Positions 26,994 through 36,965 of a stretch of DNA of 64,000 bases are shown piece after piece. Under the pieces are notes generated by a model, which saw only the letters and a program-made list of their open reading frames with translations, searched no databases and was not told the DNA's origin. Source of the DNA: an uncultured Candidatus Saccharibacteria bacterium (lineage in GTDB: Bacteria; Patescibacteriota; Minisyncoccia; Phycocordibacterales; UBA918); assembly GCA_964493145.1 (NCBI GenBank), contig CAZBMV010000001.1, forward strand, positions 54,623 through 118,622. The letters are read 5' to 3'. Each line of letters starts with the position of its first letter. The stretch's first letter is position 1. The position numbers were made by a program, and so were the translations under genes.

Positions 26994-28649
26994 ATGCCCC
27001 AATTTGATGATTCTCTCACCAATGCCCGCCTCGCTTCGCTTCACCGTTCTGAGGAAGAGCGCCTCGTGGAAGCGCTCGCGCCAAAATACGGCTACCGGTA
27101 TGCCAATCTTGAGCGGACCCCCCTCAACGTAGAAGCACTCAAGTTGCTCTCTGAAGAGGAGTCACGAGGTGCGGAACTCGCGATCTTTGCCCGAACAAAC
27201 GAAAAGGTGTCTGTCGCAGTTCGCAACCCTCACAACCCCGACCTTCCCGTCGTTCTCAAAAAACTTGAGGGGATGGGGCTCACCCCAACCGTGTACCTCG
27301 TTTCGCTCCAGAGCGTACTCCACGCGTGGGACCGCTACCACGACGTTGATAGCGCAACCGCTGAGGTGCATGGTGTCCTTGATGTGAATCCGAAAAAAAT
27401 TAAACAAATCGCCGACACCGTCCACTCGTACCTTGATGTGGGCGGAATGGTTACCGCGATTGAAAAGGAGGGTTCTGTCACCCGTACGAGCAGTATCATT
27501 GAAATCGTGTTTGGAGGCGCACTCGCGCTCAACGCATCGGACATTCACATTGAACCTGAAAATCGTACGACGCGTATTCGGTATCGTCTGGACGGCGTCC
27601 TCTTTGACATCTGCGCCATTGAAAAGGGTACGTCGGCACAAATTCTTTCACGTCTGAAACTGCTCTCGGGTCTTAAGTTAAACAGACGGAAGGAATCTCA
27701 AGACGGACGCTTCACGTTTGACGTTGGGACGCGAAAGGTTGAAATTCGTTCCTCACTCATTCCGGGTGCGTACGGAGAATCCATGGTAATGCGCCTCCTT
27801 GACCCCGATGCATCCAGTTTTAAATTGGAGAACCTCGGTCTCAATGCAAAACTCCGCGACATCATTCTCAACGAACTCAGTCGTCCAAATGGCGCGCTCC
27901 TTACTACCGGACCAACCGGGTCGGGAAAGACAACCGCACTTTACTCGTTCCTCATGCACATCCACACGCCTGAACTTAAAATTCTCACCCTTGAGGATCC
28001 TGTTGAGTACAAACTTCCCGGTATTGTGCAGTCGCAGGTGAGCGATGAGTACTCGTTTGCGCAAGGTCTTCGTGCCATGCTCCGCCAAGACCCCGATGTC
28101 ATCCTCATCGGTGAAATTCGCGACCGTGAAGTGGCGGAAACCGCAATTCACGCCGCGCTCACGGGACACCTTGTCTTTTCCACGCTCCACACCAACAGCG
28201 CCGCAGGCGCATTCCCTCGCCTCGTTGATATCGGCGTTGACCCAAGTATGATCGCAAGCGCGGTCAATATCGTCCTCGGGCAACGTCTCGTTCGCCTCCT
28301 CTGTCCCGTGTGTAAAGTGGAGCGAGAAATGACAACTGAAGAACAGGCGCTCATACAACGGGTGCTCGGTGTTCCCGTTGCGATTCACACTGTCTTTGAT
28401 GCGGCGGGGTGTGATGCGTGCGGTATGAGTGGGTACAGGGGACGAGTGGGTGTCTTTGAAGCAATTCGCATTGATACCGCGGTTGAAAATGCCCTCGCAT
28501 CAGACCCGCGCGAACGTGTCATTCTTGAAGCAGCCAAATCTCAGGAGATCCCCACCATGCAACAGGATGCGCTCTATAAGGTGCTCGGCGGCATTACCTC
28601 ACTTGATGAGGCGTCGCGAGTACTTGACCTGTATCACATTGACGACTAG
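26994..28649 (+). CDS. pilB: type IV pilus/type II secretion assembly ATPase (GspE/PilB family)
   Basis: Walker A TTGPTGSGKTT, Asp box LRQDPDVILIGEIRD, His box GHLVFSTLHTN, Walker B, and a CPVCK...C..C tetracysteine. Confidence 0.85.
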   Translation: MPQFDDSLTNARLASLHRSEEERLVEALAPKYGYRYANLERTPLNVEALKLLSEEESRGAELAIFARTNEKVSVAVRNPHNPDLPVVLKKLEGMGLTPTVYLVSLQSVLHAWDRYHDVDSATAEVHGVLDVNPKKIKQIADTVHSYLDVGGMVTAIEKEGSVTRTSSIIEIVFGGALALNASDIHIEPENRTTRIRYRLDGVLFDICAIEKGTSAQILSRLKLLSGLKLNRRKESQDGRFTFDVGTRKVEIRSSLIPGAYGESMVMRLLDPDASSFKLENLGLNAKLRDIILNELSRPNGALLTTGPTGSGKTTALYSFLMHIHTPELKILTLEDPVEYKLPGIVQSQVSDEYSFAQGLRAMLRQDPDVILIGEIRDREVAETAIHAALTGHLVFSTLHTNSAAGAFPRLVDIGVDPSMIASAVNIVLGQRLVRLLCPVCKVEREMTTEEQALIQRVLGVPVAIHTVFDAAGCDACGMSGYRGRVGVFEAIRIDTAVENALASDPRERVILEAAKSQEIPTMQQDALYKVLGGITSLDEASRVLDLYHIDD

Positions 28650-28656
28650 AACACGT

Positions 28657-28760
28657 CCTGAATCCCCATATACTTCGGCGCGCTTCAATCAGAAACACTC
28701 ACCATATATGAAATATGCCTCGTATTTCCTCATTCGCGCTTCTTGTCTCTGGGGTTTCAG
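28657..28760 (+). ncRNA. structured repeat element, family 1, copy A (3' of pilB)
   Basis: Outer stem CTGAATCCCCA/TGGGGTTTCAG around a conserved core (CTTCAATCAGAAACACTCACCATATATGAAATATGCCTCGTATTTCCTCATTCG). Homologous copies at 31913-32029 and 61080-61207. Confidence 0.4.
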
Positions 28761-28805
28761 ACCATGCTCTTGTGGTCAATTTAAAATTTCTAGATATACG
28801 TCATC

Positions 28806-28835
28806 AAAAACCATTCGTTTAAACGAATGGTTTTT
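28806..28835. terminator. intrinsic terminator AAAAACCATTCG-TTTAAA-CGAATGGTTTTT
   Basis: Seen directly. Confidence 0.6.
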
Positions 28836-29205
28836 GCTATGCAACTTGTGTTTGGGTAGGTCAAGGAGACGAGGTGGTGGGGTCATGCTATATTCCCTAC
28901 ATCGTGAGTTACGATACTCACTGTTCCTCACATTGAGCGTATAACCCTTGACGCAATAGCTTCCGTAAGAAGTGACACTCCAAAATTAAGGTATGCTCCA
29001 GTGGTCTCATTCAAAGATGAGCACCAAAGCACCCTCATCTTGAGTACCAAGTATTGCGTAAAGGGTTATCAGTTCAATGACCCTGTTTTTTACTCTCTAA
29101 AAAAGAAAACATTCGGAGTCCCGAATGCAATGAACGATACGCCCACATTGTAGCATACCGACATTTTTTGTCAATCCCCTCCCTTTAGGGGGTTTTTCGG
29201 ATACA

Positions 29206-30198
29206 ATGGTGACTATGAGCGACCAAAAAACTTCATACGAACGTGATACCGCTGGAAATCTTGATCAAACACTTCGTCCGCACACCTGGGATGAGTACGT
29301 CGGACAAGCAAAAACGAAGGAGAACCTGCGCATTCTCCTTACCGCGGCACGTGAGCGCGGTCATGCGGCCGAGCACATTCTTCTCTACGGTCCACCGGGG
29401 CTTGGAAAGACGACGCTCGCCCATCTCATTTCACGAACACTCGGAACGAACATGCGCACAACTTCCGGTCCCGCGATTGAGCGCGTTGGTGATCTCGCCG
29501 CAATTCTCACAAACCTCTCTCCCGGTGACGTACTCTTTATTGATGAAATACACCGACTCAGTAAATCAATTGAGGAGGTGCTCTACCCCGCAATGGAATC
29601 CGGTGTTTTGGATATCATCATCGGCAAGGGACCTTCGGCACGCACGGTGCAACTGGATCTCCCTCCATTCACGCTCGTTGCGGCGACGACGCGAATTTCG
29701 CTCATTTCTTCGCCTCTTCGTTCACGTTTTTCTGGAGGAACGTTTCGCTTGGAGTTTTATTCCGATGACGAAATCGCGCGCATTCTCAAACGTTCAGCGG
29801 AACTCCTCAACGTTCGCGTTGCAGATCCTCTTCTCCTCCACATCGCGAGACGCTGTCGGGCAACACCGCGTACGGCAAACTATCTTTTGAAACGGTGCCG
29901 CGACCTCGCGCAACTTGAAACGTGTGATGTAAATGACGCTATCATTGAAAAAACGTTTGACCTTCTTGAGATTGATTCGCTCGGACTCACGAAGCAAGAC
30001 CGATCCCTCCTCTCACTCCTCATCACAAAGTTTGGTGGAGGTCCTGTAGGGCTCAACACTATGGCGGCGGCGACGGGAGAAGAGATGGCGACAATAGAAG
30101 ACGTTTTTGAGCCATACCTCATTCGGCAGGGACTCATAGAACGAACACCTCGTGGTCGTGTTGCGACAACTGTCGCGTACGAACACATAGAAAAATAG
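29206..30198 (+). CDS. ruvB: Holliday junction DNA helicase RuvB
   Basis: LRPHTWDEYVGQ, Walker A GPPGLGKTTLA, Walker B VLFIDEIHRL, sensor TTR...SPLRSRF. Confidence 0.9.
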   Translation: MVTMSDQKTSYERDTAGNLDQTLRPHTWDEYVGQAKTKENLRILLTAARERGHAAEHILLYGPPGLGKTTLAHLISRTLGTNMRTTSGPAIERVGDLAAILTNLSPGDVLFIDEIHRLSKSIEEVLYPAMESGVLDIIIGKGPSARTVQLDLPPFTLVAATTRISLISSPLRSRFSGGTFRLEFYSDDEIARILKRSAELLNVRVADPLLLHIARRCRATPRTANYLLKRCRDLAQLETCDVNDAIIEKTFDLLEIDSLGLTKQDRSLLSLLITKFGGGPVGLNTMAAATGEEMATIEDVFEPYLIRQGLIERTPRGRVATTVAYEHIEK

Positions 30199-30290
30199 TG
30201 TTTGAACGTTAAAAAGTGCGTATAATACTTAGGACCTACCTCACTCTGTGTGGTTCAATGTGAAATGGGTTCTAACAACATATATTCCGT

Positions 30291-30836
30291 ATGAGTGGAC
30301 ACAATAAGTGGAGCAAAATTAAGCACAAAAAAGCCGCGAGCGACGCTCAAAAGAGTAAGGTTTTTTCAAAGCATGCAAGTCTTATCGCAATGGAATCACG
30401 AAAGGCGCGGGGTGACGTAGGTGCCCCGGGTCTCATCGCCGCAATTGAGCGTGCGAAAAAAGATTCAATGCCAAAGGAAAACATTGACCGCGCAGTTTCC
30501 AAAGGAGCTGGTGCCGACGGTGCGTCATTCACTGAGGTGGTGTACGAAATGTATGGCCCGGGAGGAACCGCGATGATTGTTACCGCGGTTACCGACAACC
30601 CAAACAGAACCACCCCGGAAATTAAACACCTCCTCACAAAAAACGGATACCAGCTCGGTGGGAGTGGGTCATCTCTGTGGGCGTTTACAAAAACCGCTGA
30701 TGGGTATGTCCCCAACACCCCAATGACACTCTCTGACGAAGATGGCGAAAAACTCGCAAGTCTTATTGAGGCGCTGGAGACACATGACGACGTGCAAGAT
30801 ATTTTCACCACAGCGGACGACCCAAGTGGTGAATAA
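30291..30836 (+). CDS. yebC: YebC/PmpR-family transcriptional regulator (short form)
   Basis: MSGHNKWSKIKHKKAASDAQKSKVFSK matches the YebC N-terminal consensus. Confidence 0.8.
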   Translation: MSGHNKWSKIKHKKAASDAQKSKVFSKHASLIAMESRKARGDVGAPGLIAAIERAKKDSMPKENIDRAVSKGAGADGASFTEVVYEMYGPGGTAMIVTAVTDNPNRTTPEIKHLLTKNGYQLGGSGSSLWAFTKTADGYVPNTPMTLSDEDGEKLASLIEALETHDDVQDIFTTADDPSGE

Positions 30837-30840
30837 GGGT

Positions 30841-31317
30841 ATGAAAGTTCTCGCCTTTGATCCGGGGTATGATCGTTTAGGAGTCGCGGTACTTGAGCGA
30901 GATGCAGGAAAGGAAAAACTTCTCTTTTCCGAGTGTTTGGAAACCGACAGGAACACCTCTCTCTCTGAACGCTTGTTCCGTGTGGGGCAACATGTTGAGT
31001 TCCTTCTCAAAGAACACGCCCCGACCATCGTTGCACTGGAAACGCTCTTCTTTAATAAAAATGTAAAGACGGCAATTGGTGTTGCCGAGGTACGGGGTAT
31101 TATCCTTTTCCTCGCGCAGAGCGCTGGGTGTTCTGTTGCGGAGTTTGGTCCGCAAGAAATAAAAGTTGCGGTGACCGGCTACGGAAACAGTGATAAGACC
31201 GCTGTTTTCACCATGGTGAAGCGCCTCGTCGGCGGAGTGCCTGAGGGCGCATTGGACGACGAATACGACGCAATTGCGGTGGGTATTACGGCCCTCGCGC
31301 ACAAAAAACATTTGTAA
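30841..31317 (+). CDS. ruvC: crossover junction endodeoxyribonuclease RuvC
   Basis: MKVLAFDPGYDRLGVAV; the ORF-track N-terminal 33 aa would overlap yebC in another frame. Confidence 0.75.
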   Translation: MKVLAFDPGYDRLGVAVLERDAGKEKLLFSECLETDRNTSLSERLFRVGQHVEFLLKEHAPTIVALETLFFNKNVKTAIGVAEVRGIILFLAQSAGCSVAEFGPQEIKVAVTGYGNSDKTAVFTMVKRLVGGVPEGALDDEYDAIAVGITALAHKKHL

Positions 31318-31540
31318 AAACATTCGCCTGCAATACCTCATGAAGCCTGTGGGGTACTCTGGACGAACTGGTAAAAGTCCGCTCCTCCATCCTCCGAGCT
31401 AACGCCCAGGGTATTACGCGGGAGGAATCGGGGATTTTTTCTCGCAGAAGAAATGGCTCTGCCGTTGCTACATTACAGGTTCATTCATCCCCGCCCTGAC
31501 AGGTGGACGAACGAGTAAACAGCATCCCCATTTCACCCTG

Positions 31541-31912
31541 TTGCAGAATGGGCAAAGTTTTGATACAAAAGACCCTAATAAAAAGTTAAGTAAAAAATTG
31601 AATCATATGATCCTTTTTGTCGCCACCAATTATGCAGCCCGTCATGATGATGAGGAAGAAAATGAAAATGAAGACGAGGTGGAAACTGCGGATATTGATG
31701 ATGAGCTTTTGAGTGAACTTGCTGATGATGAAATAGGTGATGATCTTCTTGATGAAGAAATTGATCCTCTCCTTAAGGAAAGTGAGTTCCCACCCAACGA
31801 AGAAACGCCGGAGGGTGTTGTTGATGACGAAGCGAAGCCGTTTGTTGACGATGAAGAAGACGATGAGGAAGATATGGACTATGATTCGTTTGACGACCAC
31901 GACGAACTATAA
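31541..31912 (+). CDS. highly acidic small protein (Asp/Glu ~50% of the C-terminal 90 aa)
   Basis: DDEEENENEDEVETADIDDELLSELADDEIGDDLLDEE...; could start at MILFVATNYAAR. DNA-mimic-like or anti-sigma-like composition. Confidence 0.5.
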   Translation: MQNGQSFDTKDPNKKLSKKLNHMILFVATNYAARHDDEEENENEDEVETADIDDELLSELADDEIGDDLLDEEIDPLLKESEFPPNEETPEGVVDDEAKPFVDDEEDDEEDMDYDSFDDHDEL

Positions 31913-32029
31913 ACTTTTTAAAACAATCTCATACTTTGTTGTCCTTCAATCGGAAACGCTCATCGTATATTGAATACGCCTCGCATTTCCTCATTCGGAC
32001 GCCTCGTCTGAACTTGTTTTGAAAAAGTT
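31913..32029 (+). ncRNA. structured repeat element, family 1, copy B
   Basis: Outer stem ACTTTTAAAACAA/TTGTTTTGAAAAAGT; core CTTCAATCGGAAACGCTCATCGTATATTGAATACGCCTCGCATTTCCTCATTCGG. Confidence 0.4.
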
Positions 32030-32051
32030 TAATAAACCTTTTCAAGGAAAC

Positions 32052-32084
32052 AAAACCGCCGGCATGAAGTGCCGGCGGTTTTGT
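32052..32084. terminator. bidirectional intrinsic terminator AAAACCGCCGGCA-TGAAG-TGCCGGCGGTTTT, 3' of tyrS
   Basis: Seen directly. Confidence 0.65.
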
Positions 32085-32098
32085 GTACCCCCTCTCTC

Positions 32099-33304
32099 TT
32101 ATGGGAGCAGTCGCACAAACCTGCGCTTGCCGATTTTGAGCGTGCGCGGTGTCTCAACTCGTTCCGGAATTGTTTCAAGTTTTTCTCCTGTCTCCGCGTC
32201 GCGTACCCCGCCCGCATCAAGGAGTCGTCTGAGTTCTGTTTTTGAAGAAACTATTCCCTCCTTAAGAATTGTCTCAACGTACCCTCCGGCGATCTCAAGA
32301 ACGTCTTCGGGGACACCGTGGTTTTGAAATGTTTCAATAAATGTTTGCTCTGCCTCGTGTGCCGCTGTGTCTCCGTGATACATTCGTGTAATTTCTCGTG
32401 CGAGCTTCATCTTGATGTCACGAGGGTTTGTGTTGCCGGATGAGAGCGCGTCTCGTATTTCCAAAACTTCTGCCATAGGGAGTCGTGTGCACATCGTAAA
32501 GTATTCGTTTATGTTTGCATCGCTCATGCTCATAACCTTCCCGTACATATCATTGGGAGGCATGGTGAGCGTTATGGTGTTCCCCCAACTTGAGCTCATT
32601 TTGCGTCCGTCCGTTCCTTGAATGATTGGCGTCATGAGAATGTCTTGCGCTTCTTGCCCAAAGTGCGGTTGCAGTACACGCCCCGCGAGCATATTGAAGC
32701 GTTGGTCCGTGCCACCGAGTTCAACGTCTGCGTGAATTGCGACGCTATCGTACCCCTGCATGAGTGGGTAGAGTGTTTCGCGAAGCGACACGCGCTTCCC
32801 CGCATCCAACCGTCGCCTTATGTTGTCTCTCGCAATGAAGTCCGAGACGGAGAAGAGGTCTGCGTGCTCGCCGATTTCCCGATACGTGAGTTTTTCAAGC
32901 CACTCTGAATTGTAGCGAAACTCCACCGCACCAATATCAAGTATTTTCCCAACCTGCTCATAGTACGTTTTTTTATTCTCTTCCACGATGTCCCGCGTGA
33001 GCATTGGGCGCTCGCTATCCTTGTCGGACGTGTCGCCAATGAGTCCTGTGAAGTCACCGACAATGAGAACGATTTGGTGCCCAAGTTCCTGAAAATCACG
33101 AAGTTTAAGGAGGGGGATAGATCGTCCGAGGTGGAGACTCGCGCTCGTTGGGTCAATCCCAAGTTTGACGCGAAGTTGTTTCCCTGAGAGCAATTTTTTC
33201 TTTAGGCTGTCTTTATGGATGACTTCATCAACTCCGCGTGTAAGGAGTTCGTCTATTTTTTGTTCGTGTGTATCAACGCCCATAGTATGCATACTGTACC
33301 ACAT
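32099..33304 (-). CDS. tyrS: tyrosine--tRNA ligase
   Basis: HIGH-class motif region LKLGIDPTSASLHLGRSIPL, KMSSS (KMSKS), C-terminal S4-like domain. Confidence 0.9.
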   Translation of the reverse strand: MWYSMHTMGVDTHEQKIDELLTRGVDEVIHKDSLKKKLLSGKQLRVKLGIDPTSASLHLGRSIPLLKLRDFQELGHQIVLIVGDFTGLIGDTSDKDSERPMLTRDIVEENKKTYYEQVGKILDIGAVEFRYNSEWLEKLTYREIGEHADLFSVSDFIARDNIRRRLDAGKRVSLRETLYPLMQGYDSVAIHADVELGGTDQRFNMLAGRVLQPHFGQEAQDILMTPIIQGTDGRKMSSSWGNTITLTMPPNDMYGKVMSMSDANINEYFTMCTRLPMAEVLEIRDALSSGNTNPRDIKMKLAREITRMYHGDTAAHEAEQTFIETFQNHGVPEDVLEIAGGYVETILKEGIVSSKTELRRLLDAGGVRDAETGEKLETIPERVETPRTLKIGKRRFVRLLP

Positions 33305-33386
33305 TCAATATTTTTTTGGAAAAAACCGAATTGTGTAGCCACCCTTTGCTGTTTATCAATGTGCCATACAGTGCTACTATGGGCAC

Positions 33387-35573
33387 ATGACAACGATACG
33401 AACGTGGGTGCGCGCACACACGCGAGAACTCTTGGTAGATGTGTGCATTGGCGTATTCGTCCTTGGTCTCATTGGAGCGGGGGTGCTTCTCATCTGGGTA
33501 GCGACACTGGACATTCCCGACCTTTCTTCGTTTGAGGAGCGTCGCATCCAACAATCAACAAAAATTTACGATCGCACGGGAGAAATTCTCCTTTACGACC
33601 TCCACCAGGATGTCCGTAGAACGGTCGTTCCCTATGAAGAAATATCGCGCCATATAAAAAATGCGACCGTTGCAATTGAAGATGACACGTTCTTTGAGCA
33701 TCAGGGCGTTCGGCCTCTCGCCATTCTTCGTGCCGCATACGACAACCTTATTGGTGGCAATCTTCTCGGTGGGCGCGGCGGATCAACGATAACCCAGCAG
33801 GTCATTAAGAACTCTGTGCTTGCGCGAGAAAAAACACTCACGAGAAAAATCAAAGAAATGATTCTCGCGTTTCGCCTTGAGCAGGTGCTCACAAAAGAAG
33901 AGATTCTCTCCCACTACCTCAATGAGTCTCCGTACGGCGGGACCATTTATGGAGTAGAGGAGGCGAGTCTCTCGTTTTTTGGAAAGCCGGCATCTGATGT
34001 GACGCTCGCGGAAGCCGCCTACCTTGCCTCGCTCCCACAACTCCCAACGTACTACTCTCCGTACGGAAGTCACATTGATGATTTGGAAAAACGAAAAAAT
34101 CTCGTGCTCCAAAAAATGTTAGAACATGGTTTTATCTCGCAAGAAGAGTATGACGGAGCGATGGGGGAACGAGTTGAATTCAAACCGCAGGTGGCAACCG
34201 GAATTCGTGCGCCGCATTTTGTTTTTTATATCCGAGACTACCTCATAGAAAAGTACGGGGAGGAATCTCTCGCGGAGCGTGGTCTCAAGGTTATCACAAC
34301 GCTTGATTGGGAGTTGCAGGAAAAGGCGGAAGAGATTGTGAAAGAAAAGGCGCTTTTTAACGCAAAAACATACAATGCGGAAAACGCGTCCCTTGTTGCC
34401 GCCGACCCAACAAATGGCGATATTCTGGTTATGGTTGGGTCGCGCGACTACTTTGATACGGAGATAGACGGTAACTACAACATCGCCCTCGCAGAACGTC
34501 AGCCTGGGTCGTCCTTCAAGCCGTTTGTGTACGCAGCCGCGTTTAAAAAAGGATACACCCCCGACACGGTCGTGTTTGATCTAAAAACACAATTTTCAAC
34601 CGCGTGCGCTCCGGACAACTTTACCTCTGTAGACAACTGCTATTCTCCTGAAAACTACGATCACAAATTCCGTGGTCCGGTTTCCTTCAGAAACGCGTTG
34701 GCGCAATCTCTCAACATTCCGGCAGTGAAGGTGCTTTACCTTGCGGGCATTCCTGAGTCCATCAAACTCGCACGGTCACTCGGCATCACGACGCTCATTG
34801 ATCCAAACAAGTACGGGCTCACGCTCGTCCTCGGTGGTGGTGAGGTACGACTCCTTGAAATGGTGGGGGCGTATGGAACATTCGCAAATGAGGGGGTGCG
34901 CAACGAGTTGCGCGGTGTATTACGAATTGAGGATGCGAGTGGTGTCGCACTTGAAGAAACGACACCTGAACCGAAGCATGTGCTTGATAGGAACATTACC
35001 CTTCAAATTTCCGACATTCTTTCTGACAATACTGCACGCACGCCACTCTTTGGTGCAAATTCTCCCCTCTATTTTCCCGGCCGTGATGTCGCGGCAAAAA
35101 CGGGTACTACAAACGATAAGCGAGATGCGTGGGTAGTGGGGTACACTCCAAACCTCGTTGTGGGCGCGTGGGCTGGAAATAATGACAATAGATCAATGAG
35201 TGAGATCTCCGGACTAATCATCACACCATTGTGGCGAGCGTTCATGGATGTGGCACTCCAAAAAATAGAGCCTCGTACGTTTGCCGAGCCACCACAAACA
35301 CCAAACACCATTAAGCCGATTCTCCAGGGGGTGTGGTTTGATCCCCTCTCTCTCATTCCCAACGACGGGGAGGAAGGTGTTCCGCTCAATATTGAAAATG
35401 CTGTTGCGGGGGCACACTCAATTTTATATTTTGTTGATAAAGATAATCCGCTCGGACCGCAACCAACTAACCAGACAGACCCTCAGTTTCCCTTATGGGA
35501 ATACCCGGTGTCTCTATGGAAGAGCTCTCTCATGGGTGTGCCGGGTGTAGATGGAAGTGGGGAAAACGATTAG
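33387..35573 (+). CDS. bifunctional class A penicillin-binding protein (PBP1A)
   Basis: N-terminal TM; GT51 motifs (EDDTFFEHQGV, GGSTITQQ, RKIKEMILAFRLEQ); transpeptidase SSFKP and KTGTT. Confidence 0.85.
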   Translation: MTTIRTWVRAHTRELLVDVCIGVFVLGLIGAGVLLIWVATLDIPDLSSFEERRIQQSTKIYDRTGEILLYDLHQDVRRTVVPYEEISRHIKNATVAIEDDTFFEHQGVRPLAILRAAYDNLIGGNLLGGRGGSTITQQVIKNSVLAREKTLTRKIKEMILAFRLEQVLTKEEILSHYLNESPYGGTIYGVEEASLSFFGKPASDVTLAEAAYLASLPQLPTYYSPYGSHIDDLEKRKNLVLQKMLEHGFISQEEYDGAMGERVEFKPQVATGIRAPHFVFYIRDYLIEKYGEESLAERGLKVITTLDWELQEKAEEIVKEKALFNAKTYNAENASLVAADPTNGDILVMVGSRDYFDTEIDGNYNIALAERQPGSSFKPFVYAAAFKKGYTPDTVVFDLKTQFSTACAPDNFTSVDNCYSPENYDHKFRGPVSFRNALAQSLNIPAVKVLYLAGIPESIKLARSLGITTLIDPNKYGLTLVLGGGEVRLLEMVGAYGTFANEGVRNELRGVLRIEDASGVALEETTPEPKHVLDRNITLQISDILSDNTARTPLFGANSPLYFPGRDVAAKTGTTNDKRDAWVVGYTPNLVVGAWAGNNDNRSMSEISGLIITPLWRAFMDVALQKIEPRTFAEPPQTPNTIKPILQGVWFDPLSLIPNDGEEGVPLNIENAVAGAHSILYFVDKDNPLGPQPTNQTDPQFPLWEYPVSLWKSSLMGVPGVDGSGEND

Positions 35574-35578
35574 AAAGA

Positions 35579-35872
35579 TTATATAATCTCTTTTGGTGCA
35601 CTCTTCTTTCCCAACCGCTCTTCTAGTTTGGTGATGATTTTCTTCTTATAAAGAATGATCTCTGTTTTTAACATCCCTGATGTGTGTATAGAAAGTGTTT
35701 TTGTGGTTGTGTTGTATGTACACACTTCTTTTTTTACAGTGAGGTTGAGTGTTTCTTCCACAATAGAAATAAATGTTTGTATAATCGCTCCTTGTGGGGC
35801 CCTAAGAGAATCGGTATATTTTTTAAAAAGGTTAGAAACATGAATAATTCCTTTCCCTCGCTTCTTTTCCAT
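35579..35872 (-). CDS. DUF721-like small protein downstream of dnaN
   Basis: 97 aa basic protein; family assignment rests on position, not motifs. Confidence 0.35.
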   Translation of the reverse strand: MEKKRGKGIIHVSNLFKKYTDSLRAPQGAIIQTFISIVEETLNLTVKKEVCTYNTTTKTLSIHTSGMLKTEIILYKKKIITKLEERLGKKSAPKEII

Positions 35873-35873
35873 A

Positions 35874-36965
35874 CTATTTGTTCATTGGCATGACGAGATA
35901 CCTAAGTGAATTATCATGTACTCCTTCAATAACCATTGGCCGTCCAAACCCGGCACATTTAAGGATAATGCTCTCGCTCTGTATGTGGGGGAGTGCCTCA
36001 CTAATGTACCGTTGATTGAAGTTAAGGGTTATATCCTCTCCCTCCACAGTCGCTTGGATTGATTCTGTTGTTGCGCCCGCCTCCCCGCTCTGTGCTGAGA
36101 GGGTAAATGTACCACCGGAAATTGTAATGGTGAGCTGAAGAAATTTATTGAGGAAAATGTTTGTTTTCTTTAGTGCTTGTGAAAGGTTGTTTGTGAGGAG
36201 GGTTGTGTTTGTTTTGTACTCTTTAGGAATAATTTGTGTGTAGTCTGGAAACGAGCCGGTGATGAGACGAGAGGTGATGTAGATATTATCAACAGAGAGA
36301 GCGCATTGGTTTTCTGTAATAAAAATTTGTACATCTCCCTGCACCTCTTCAACAACACGCGCGAGCTCAAGTGCGTTTTTATATGGAATTAGAATTGGTT
36401 CCTCAAGGGTAATGTTCTTTTGTGGAATTGTTTTCTCCATTAACCTAAAAGAGTCTGTTGCCACAAATGTGAGGGTATGCTCTTTTTTTTGGTGAATATA
36501 AATACTTCCTAATTCAGGCTTAATTGATGATTGGGACGCGGTAAACGCTGTTGTTTTTATTCCCAGGGCAAAAAGAGATCCTTGGATGGTGTGTGGGGTG
36601 CTCTGTATGTGTGGAATTGTTGGAAAATCCTCAATTGGAATACTTTTAATTTCTGTTCGCGACGCTTTTGATTCAACAACCAACACATCTCCTTCTTTAT
36701 AGAGGGTAACTGTTGGTTGTGTAATAAGATTTATTGTTTGTACAAGAATGTTTGCTGGAACGGCGATACTACCATCCTCTTGTTGTGTCACGTCAACATA
36801 CCCCTCAATTCCAATTTCAAGATTTGTTGCCTTAATGGTGAGTTTTGTGTTTTTTACCTCAAGGAGTACACATTGGAGTATGGGGAGAGTTATGTGTTTT
36901 GTGCATACTTTAGAAACACTCTCAAGTGTTTGTTTAAATTTTTTTATATCAAGTGAGATGTGCAT
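35874..36965 (-). CDS. dnaN: DNA polymerase III beta sliding clamp
   Basis: 363 aa; MHISLDIKKFKQTLESVSKV...LLEVKNTKLTIKATNLEIGIE is the typical domain-I start; directly downstream of dnaA. Confidence 0.8.
   Translation of the reverse strand: MHISLDIKKFKQTLESVSKVCTKHITLPILQCVLLEVKNTKLTIKATNLEIGIEGYVDVTQQEDGSIAVPANILVQTINLITQPTVTLYKEGDVLVVESKASRTEIKSIPIEDFPTIPHIQSTPHTIQGSLFALGIKTTAFTASQSSIKPELGSIYIHQKKEHTLTFVATDSFRLMEKTIPQKNITLEEPILIPYKNALELARVVEEVQGDVQIFITENQCALSVDNIYITSRLITGSFPDYTQIIPKEYKTNTTLLTNNLSQALKKTNIFLNKFLQLTITISGGTFTLSAQSGEAGATTESIQATVEGEDITLNFNQRYISEALPHIQSESIILKCAGFGRPMVIEGVHDNSLRYLVMPMNK

Noticed and set aside
31318-31540. RNase P RNA or SRP RNA in the 220-nt non-coding stretch (contains GGTAAAAGTCCGCTCC, reminiscent of the P4 GGAAAGTCCGGGCTCC)
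   Set aside because: Too short for RNase P RNA, and the other universally conserved P4 strand and the A/G-rich J-regions are absent. No SRP domain-IV GGAAGCAGCC motif is present.
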